Origin: Macrostomum lignano
Taxonomy: Eukaryota
Length of the DNA: 64,000 bases
Direction of reading: 5' to 3'
Assembly: GCA_002269645.1 (NCBI GenBank)
Contig: NIVC01000910.1
Coordinates: forward strand, 260,944 to 324,943
Position numbers and translations under genes: made by a program. Under the pieces are notes generated by a model. It was not told where the DNA came from, searched no databases, and was given only the letters and a program-made list of their open reading frames with translations. Within the stretch, counting starts at the first letter, position 1. The number at the start of each line of letters is the position of its first letter. Shown here piece after piece: positions 63,874 through 64,000 of the stretch.

Positions 63874-63915
<42 letters not shown>
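63141..63915. repeat. G-rich minisatellite, 41-bp unit, followed by (AG)n
   Basis: gaggtggctgcaggaagagttggggtgttggggcagggagt; (AG)n at about 63875-63915. Confidence 0.96.
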
Positions 63916-63920
<5 letters not shown>

Positions 63921-64000
63921 AGAAATGCGGAAAAGCTCAAAAGTCAAAAGGAGAGAATACAAAGAGTAAGTTACAGATGAGTTGATTTTGTCCAATATTT

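Overview
Eukaryotic (animal) genomic DNA, not prokaryotic. The backbone is one plus-strand gene, an orthologue of CASK/LIN-2 (CaMK-like, two L27, PDZ, SH3, HOOK, guanylate-kinase-like). I traced 14 core coding exons from 16216 to the stop at 63016, about 826 codons, all GT-AG with consistent phases. The first ~90 codons were not found and probably lie upstream of the window. The introns carry about 24 unrelated tandem arrays (units of 4-69 bp), three copies of a tRNA-headed CORE-type SINE, MITE-like elements, a tyrosine-recombinase (DIRS/Ngaro-like) fragment, and a young non-autonomous BEL/Pao LTR element with an intact gag, identical LTRs and a dead RT. The best leads are (i) a second, divergent copy of the exon that completes the PDZ domain (57137-57238), (ii) a large Q/A/S-rich candidate internal first or cassette exon (39051-40474) whose donor is in phase with the next CASK exon, and (iii) a rewritten HOOK region. 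The minisatellite-filled introns and Q/A-rich exons suggest a Macrostomum-like flatworm, but that is an unverified guess. Exon coordinates were read by hand from the sequence; repeat boundaries are approximate. Most long entries in the ORF track are artefacts of the tandem repeats.
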